The notes beneath the pieces were generated by a model. That model was not told the origin of the DNA, did not search any database, and worked only from the letters and a program-made list of their open reading frames with translations. Both the position numbers and the translations under genes were made by a program. Positions 58,593 through 64,000 of a DNA stretch of 64,000 nucleotides are shown piece after piece (the first letter of the stretch is position 1; every line of letters starts with the position of its first letter). Source of the stretch: Eledone cirrhosa. Lineage: Eukaryota. Location of the stretch: the NCBI GenBank assembly GCA_964016885.1, contig OZ024740.1:148490001-148554000 (forward strand), written 5' to 3'.

Positions 58593-58640
58593 ATTATTAA
58601 TATTCGAAAAACTCAGATTACATTTATTATATATATATAT

Positions 58641-58738
<98 letters not shown>

Positions 58739-59032
58739 GCGTGTGCGTGTGTGTGTGTGTGTCTTACCTAATTCCAAAGGAAAAGCAAAGGAAAAAAGAG
58801 TCCTCTATGTATAGAATAGAGCTATTTAATTAGAAAGCGAACATCACAAAATATAACTACTCCATTACCAAAGGTTTCTGGAACACAGACGATAATAATA
58901 TATACGTCTGGATCGGTTGTCAGATAGAGATGTTATAGATAAAAGATATGAAATGAAATTTAATATCTGTTAAAAATTGGAGGTTAGGCTGGAAAAATAA
59001 CGGGATAAAATATATATATATATATATATATA

Positions 59033-60958
59033 CAATATTAAATAAATGGAAACTATATTTATAAAACCATATTTATTTCATTATATATATTTCGGGGATA
59101 TCATATTAACAATATGCTATGCCTTCCTCAGACAAAATACAATATAAACAGTTTTATAGATAAATAGATTCGACATACCGTAACAACACCGACTTGCATT
59201 TGATGAGGTTAAACAGGCAGTGAAAAAATTTTACACAGAGAGAAAGAAAGAGAGAAAAAAGAAAGAAAGACAGAAAACGAAGAAAAGGAAGAAAAAGAAG
59301 AAAAAGAAGAAATGCATGGAACAAAATAGAGAGATGGAAAGATAGATAAAGAGAAGAACTTCATGTAAAGAAACAGAAAGAGATATATATATAGAGAGAG
59401 AGAGGAAATAGAGATAGATACATATATATATAGAAAATTAGGTAGTGGGAGGTCAGTTGAGTAAATGTATCAATGATACATTTATTTATTTATTTATATA
59501 TTTAGCTCTAGTATTAATGTAAGGGAGATATATAGAGAGAGAAAAAATATAGAGAGAGAAAAAAATAGCGAGAGAAAAAATTTAAAAATAGCCAGATATA
59601 TTCGAGGCGTAAAAACCCTATGTTTTAATGTATTAGTATTTATAAAACTTCCACTATATTGTAAATATCAGTATTCCTGAATGAGACAAGTATCCATAGT
59701 GTGTGAAAATTAATTATCTTATGTTTAGTTTTTTAAGAAAATTCATATGTTTATGTGATAGCTACAAACATCCATGTGAATCCACATGATCAACTCTGCA
59801 AACTCTAGGTTCACGGAAAACATTCTCAATGTGGTATAAAAATTTGAGTATACATATATGTGTATTATTATTCCTGTCTTTACTCTACAAGATTATCTAT
59901 CAAGCAGAAATAGAGAGCAGATTTCAATATACTAATAAAAATATATATCAGAAACAAAACTAAAAAAATAACAATAATAATAATAAGTAATAATAAAATA
60001 GAAAACTAAAAAAAAATATTACGAAAGAATATTACATATTAAAAATATTACATATTAAAAAATTTACATATTAAAGATATTAAAAATAAAAATAAAAAAT
60101 ATTAGAAAATACTACAATAATAAAAAATAAAAATAAAAATAAACCACAAAGATCAACCCTTCAAAATTTATTGACAATATATTGCCAAGTTCATTATAAG
60201 CATCAGAGTCGAAAAACAGACAAAGCCAAAAATTATCTATCAAATCACATCTAGCAAAGATCATTTCAAAAAGTTTATGATGCCCAATTTGGTCTACATG
60301 TGTTCTTATATTTAATATAGAAGTTTATCTAGTGTAAGGTTTATTCAAAATATTTGGAGCATCAGCTTTTAGGGTAGCTTAATTTTTCATGAGGAATGTT
60401 TAAATAAAAATAAAATAAAAATAAAAAATAAAAAAGAATAAAAAGAAGGAATCAAAGATTTATCGGCTAGTTTCCCATATAAATATAAATCAAACTAAAT
60501 ATACTACATTTTAAATTTAAATTTATATTTAAACGTTGAGTTTAATCTATGTTTGCAACAACTGAATAAATTTGTCCGTAGATTAAGGGAATTTTTAGAT
60601 TTTAGTATAAAGAATATCTCCTCTGCGCAGAGGTCACATGTCTCAGAGGATGAATTAAAAGGAATCCCTCTTGAGACTATATTCCAAGCCGTCGAATATC
60701 TAACGTTATCTAGCTTAAGTTGCCAGAGTACGCCTGATAGTGCCGTTGAAGATTTTTTGCTTGGATCTGTGAAAGAATTCTTGTGGTTATTATAGCGAAG
60801 TTTAAATTCCGTCGATGTGGAACCGACGTAGTTAAAAGAATTAGAGTCAGTATTAACATTACAATTGTATACTATATTTTTAACTAAGCAGTTGTTATTT
60901 AACGGACATTTAGATCTATCTCTACAGTTACATTTGTTAACTTGTATATTATTTATGC

Positions 60959-60960
<2 letters not shown>
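59033..60960 (-). mobile_element. 5'-truncated PLE: GIY-YIG domain, long 3' region and terminal HHR
   Basis: 60504-60958 reads CNCRDRSKCPLNNNCLVKNIVY..YVGSTSTEFKLRYNNHKNSF..TALS..W..CDLCAEE..LNLRTNLFSCCKH. (TA)n on both sides. Confidence 0.9.
59074..59139 (-). ncRNA. Minimal type I HHR (family D) at the PLE 3' end
   Basis: TATTTTGT-CTGAGGA-AGGCATAGCATATT..AATATGATATCCCC-GAAA-TATATA-TA-ATGAAATA. Confidence 0.85.
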
Positions 60961-60992
<32 letters not shown>

Positions 60993-61062
60993 GTTATTCC
61001 GGGTTGAGTCGGAGGTAACCACAGTAAGTAAGGTACTCAATACATTGCAGAGTATAAAAGTT

Positions 61063-61182
61063 TTAATATAGATGAGATTCTACAGGACCAGAACTGTTTC
61101 ATTCTTTAGAAACCATCAGGAATCCCTGATGGTTTCTAAAGAATGAAACAGTTCTGGTCCTGTAGAATCTCATCTATATTAA
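61063..61182. repeat. Perfect 58-bp-arm palindrome of family B with an HHR-like core on both strands
   Basis: Loop aatc at 61121-61124. Arm reads CTGATGG-TTTC TAAA GAAT-GAAAC AGTTCTG GTC-CTGTAG. Confidence 0.88.
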
Positions 61183-61358
61183 TATATATATATATTAATA
61201 ATAGGAATTCCAACTTTGTCTGATTTACTCGTTTTATTTACAATCCTTTAAAATTATAATGGTATTAGAATGAAATAGTATGGTAGAATATTAAATGTTA
61301 AGTGTTAATTGAACAAGTACATTCATGCTGTCGCAATCTTCAGGTTCATATTCTGTGG

Positions 61359-61447
61359 TGACAGTCAAGTTTGCAATTTTCAACTGTCAGTTGAAAATTG
61401 CAAACTTGTTTCGTTGGGTTCTGGACCCCAACTCATTCAGTCTGTCA
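61359..61447 (-). ncRNA. Atypical HHR-like motif with a 21-bp stem III
   Basis: TGACAG.A-CTGAATGA-GTTGGG GTCCAGAA CCCAAC-GAAA-[palindrome 61366-61408]-A-CTGTCA. The cleavage triplet is defective. Confidence 0.6.
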
Positions 61448-61617
61448 TAAGAAAATTTAAAATAAAATGGACACCCTCGGGTTGATTGTGCTTTCCTTTT
61501 AGGAATATATGATAAGAGTTTAAAGAAAGTCAGGTAATTTAGAAATTATTCTGAAAAAGCGTTTTCTTTTTTTAAAGAAGGATATATATACAGTGTATCC
61601 CCGGCATTCGCGTTCCC

Positions 61618-61700
<83 letters not shown>

Positions 61701-61834
61701 AGTGTAATTTTCTACACAAAACGAAGGTTATAGAGAAAATTGAGGTTGGTAATGGCACATGGAATATATAAGAGACAGAATACTTTTTTGTGAAAAAACA
61801 TAATTTTATAAGGTAAGGAAATAATAAAGGGTAT

Positions 61835-61885
61835 AAAAAATGACCGGTTTCGATGGGTCTGCAAAAGCCATCTTTTCAAATGTTG
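61835..61885 (-). ncRNA. Minimal HHR, U3-A8 variant
   Basis: TTGAAAA-GATGG..CCATC-GAAAC CG GTC. Palindromic stem III ACCGGT, weak stem I. Confidence 0.65.
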
Positions 61886-62116
61886 ATTAATATTAAGAAA
61901 AATTAATAATACGAAGAGTTAAAATTTGAGACTTGAAAATTCAAGTATAAAATTCATTGTGGGATTTCATAGCAGTTTTCATCTAGGTAGCATCAACAGG
62001 TTGACTGCTGTGTCCCTTTCTGGTAGTGAATGAGAAGTTATTTGGGGTGTGGGTTATTTTATAAAGGTCAGATTTAGCAATAGCCAGCTGCTGGTCAGTG
62101 AGGGGGTGGAAGCAAT

Positions 62117-62156
62117 ATACACACACATACCTTCATCCACACATACATACACATAC

Positions 62157-62199
<43 letters not shown>

Positions 62200-62268
62200 C
62201 ACACATACATACACACACACATACATATACATACACACATACACACACACACACATATATATACACAT

Positions 62269-62329
<61 letters not shown>

Positions 62330-62368
62330 TATATATACATACACATACATCCAGATACACACATACAT

Positions 62369-62454
<86 letters not shown>

Positions 62455-62551
62455 CCACACATACATACACACACACATATATATATATACATACACACAT
62501 ACAAACATACACACACACACACACACACATATATATACACACATACACACA

Positions 62552-62583
<32 letters not shown>

Positions 62584-62785
62584 TGCATATATATATATAC
62601 ATACACATACGCATACATCCAGATACCCACATACATACACACACACACACACACACGCACACACAATACATACATCCACATGCACACACATACTCACACA
62701 CACACACACACACATACATACACCCACACACAGAGAAATGGCCTTCAAATATATATATATATATATACATACAGACACATATATT
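62117..62785. repeat. Long compound (CA/TA)n microsatellite
   Basis: Seen directly. It is the longest of dozens of (TA)n/(CA)n/(GA)n tracts in the window. Confidence 0.95.
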
Positions 62786-63004
62786 TTTTCCATAATATAA
62801 GAAGTTGGGGCAGTGAAATTAAAATAATTCTGTGTGCGCATATATATATAGATATACGTGTGTGCACGTGCAGGGTTTAACATGGATGTGTTGGTCACAC
62901 AAAGGCATGGTCTGTCAATGAATAAACCTGATTCTACAGAATTGGTCTCTGGTCTTTAATAGTAGTGATTCCGTGCGTATGTGTGTTTATATTTTATGAC
63001 AATT

Positions 63005-63232
63005 CTATTGGGGTGATAACCCGTTTAGTTTTGGTTTAAATTTGTTAAGGAATAGATTTTCTTTGTTTATTCTTTGTTGTTGTGTGAACGAATCTGAGCA
63101 CTTGTAGAAGGGGAAGATTTTAAAGTTGGGTAGTGTCATTCCTGCGCAGTTCGCAATATGGCTGCTCAAGGGGATTTTTCTTGTGTTAGCGTCCCGGATT
63201 TGTTGGCGGTGGATGGTCATTCTTATATGGTC
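63005..63232 (-). mobile_element. PLE GIY-YIG C-terminal fragment
   Basis: IRMTIHRQQIRD..PLSSHIANCA..FKIFPFYKC..RINKENLFLNKFKPKLN. Confidence 0.8.
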
Positions 63233-63256
63233 ATATATATATATTACACATATATA

Positions 63257-63338
<82 letters not shown>

Positions 63339-64000
63339 ATATTTATGTAATTATTTTAAAGTATAAGTTAAAGAAAAGAATGTTTGAACGAAATGACTAA
63401 CAGAATTTCCGGCATTTGAAAATATCTATGTGTTTTCCGAATTTTTTCTCCTTTCGTCAAGGACTTTCGGTCCATCACAGTGTAGGTTTGTCTATGAGTG
63501 TGTAACTGTGTTTGTCACTGGGTGTGTGTATGTGTGTATGTATATATGTATATATGTGTGCCTGCGTGTGCGCGAGTGAAATTTACTTAATTGAGACTAT
63601 TTATTATGTTCAACTCTGATTTACGCGCAGGTGACAAAATTTGGAGAAACAAAACAAACAAGAACTAGGCAGGATTTTTCCTCCGTTCATCTTTGTGTTA
63701 GTCTTTTAGTCTTTTTTTTAGTCTTTCTTTTAGTCTTTTATTTAGTCTTTTTTTTTTTTTTCCAAGCATATTTCCAAACCGAATTTAATACAAAGAAAAT
63801 AATCAGAAAATAATTCAATTTAAACTTGGCATTTTCTCAAGTACCTCCAATACACTGTCTTCAGTACTTTAAAGAAGTTACTCTTAAAACGTATATTATA
63901 TAGATTTCATTAAGACGTGTAGGTTCCAGATCAACCCCATCCTTGAATATTTTGTGGTGCCGCAATAACTCATTAAAATTTACGTATCATTTTTCTTGGT

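Larger units (their letters stand above)
57880..58628 (+). mobile_element. Retrozyme-like TA-flanked 1.3-mer (419-nt unit) with HHR; second unit interrupted by a SINE
   Basis: atgccaacacaaga.caagaat..gggctcattctact starts at 57880 and again at 58299. HHR at 58241-58291. Confidence 0.75.

Noticed and set aside
60961-61040. N-terminus of the 178-aa ORF 60504-61040
   Set aside because: The frame runs through (TA)n into an unrelated family B cassette. Only 60504-60958 is PLE coding.
62049-62898. Long ORFs of 184-267 aa, and all other YI/HT/CV/SL-repeat ORFs in the track
   Set aside because: Translations of stop-free dinucleotide microsatellites, not genes.
63430-63475. Minus-strand TTGACGA...GAAAAC next to a GGAC/GTCC hairpin
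   Set aside because: Stems II and III do not pair convincingly.

Overview
This is AT-rich, microsatellite-dense eukaryotic non-coding DNA. The SINE sequences and the (TA)n/(CA)n/(GA)n load look like an octopus-type cephalopod genome, which is an inference. I cannot support any intact host gene, and most ORFs in the track are microsatellite read-throughs. Recognisable content is all mobile-element debris: Penelope-like element (PLE) GIY-YIG/RT fragments of about three types, R4/Dong-like and HERO-like REL LINEs, RTE and CR1 LINE fragments, a deleted mariner with long TIRs, and two tRNA-derived SINE families. The main unexplained signal is about 20 type I hammerhead ribozyme (HHR) motifs, intact, variant or truncated, from roughly 8-10 sequence families. 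Nearly all lie in short cassettes inserted in (TA)n tracts. Many cassettes are fold-back palindromes, and in several the apex falls on a ribozyme helix. Two TA-flanked 1.3-mer direct repeats look like retrozyme (circular RNA) copies, and one of them carries a clear HHR. The same fold-back geometry also affects SINEs, and one palindrome loop has captured a sequence found 1.6 kb away. All folds were read by eye and not computed.
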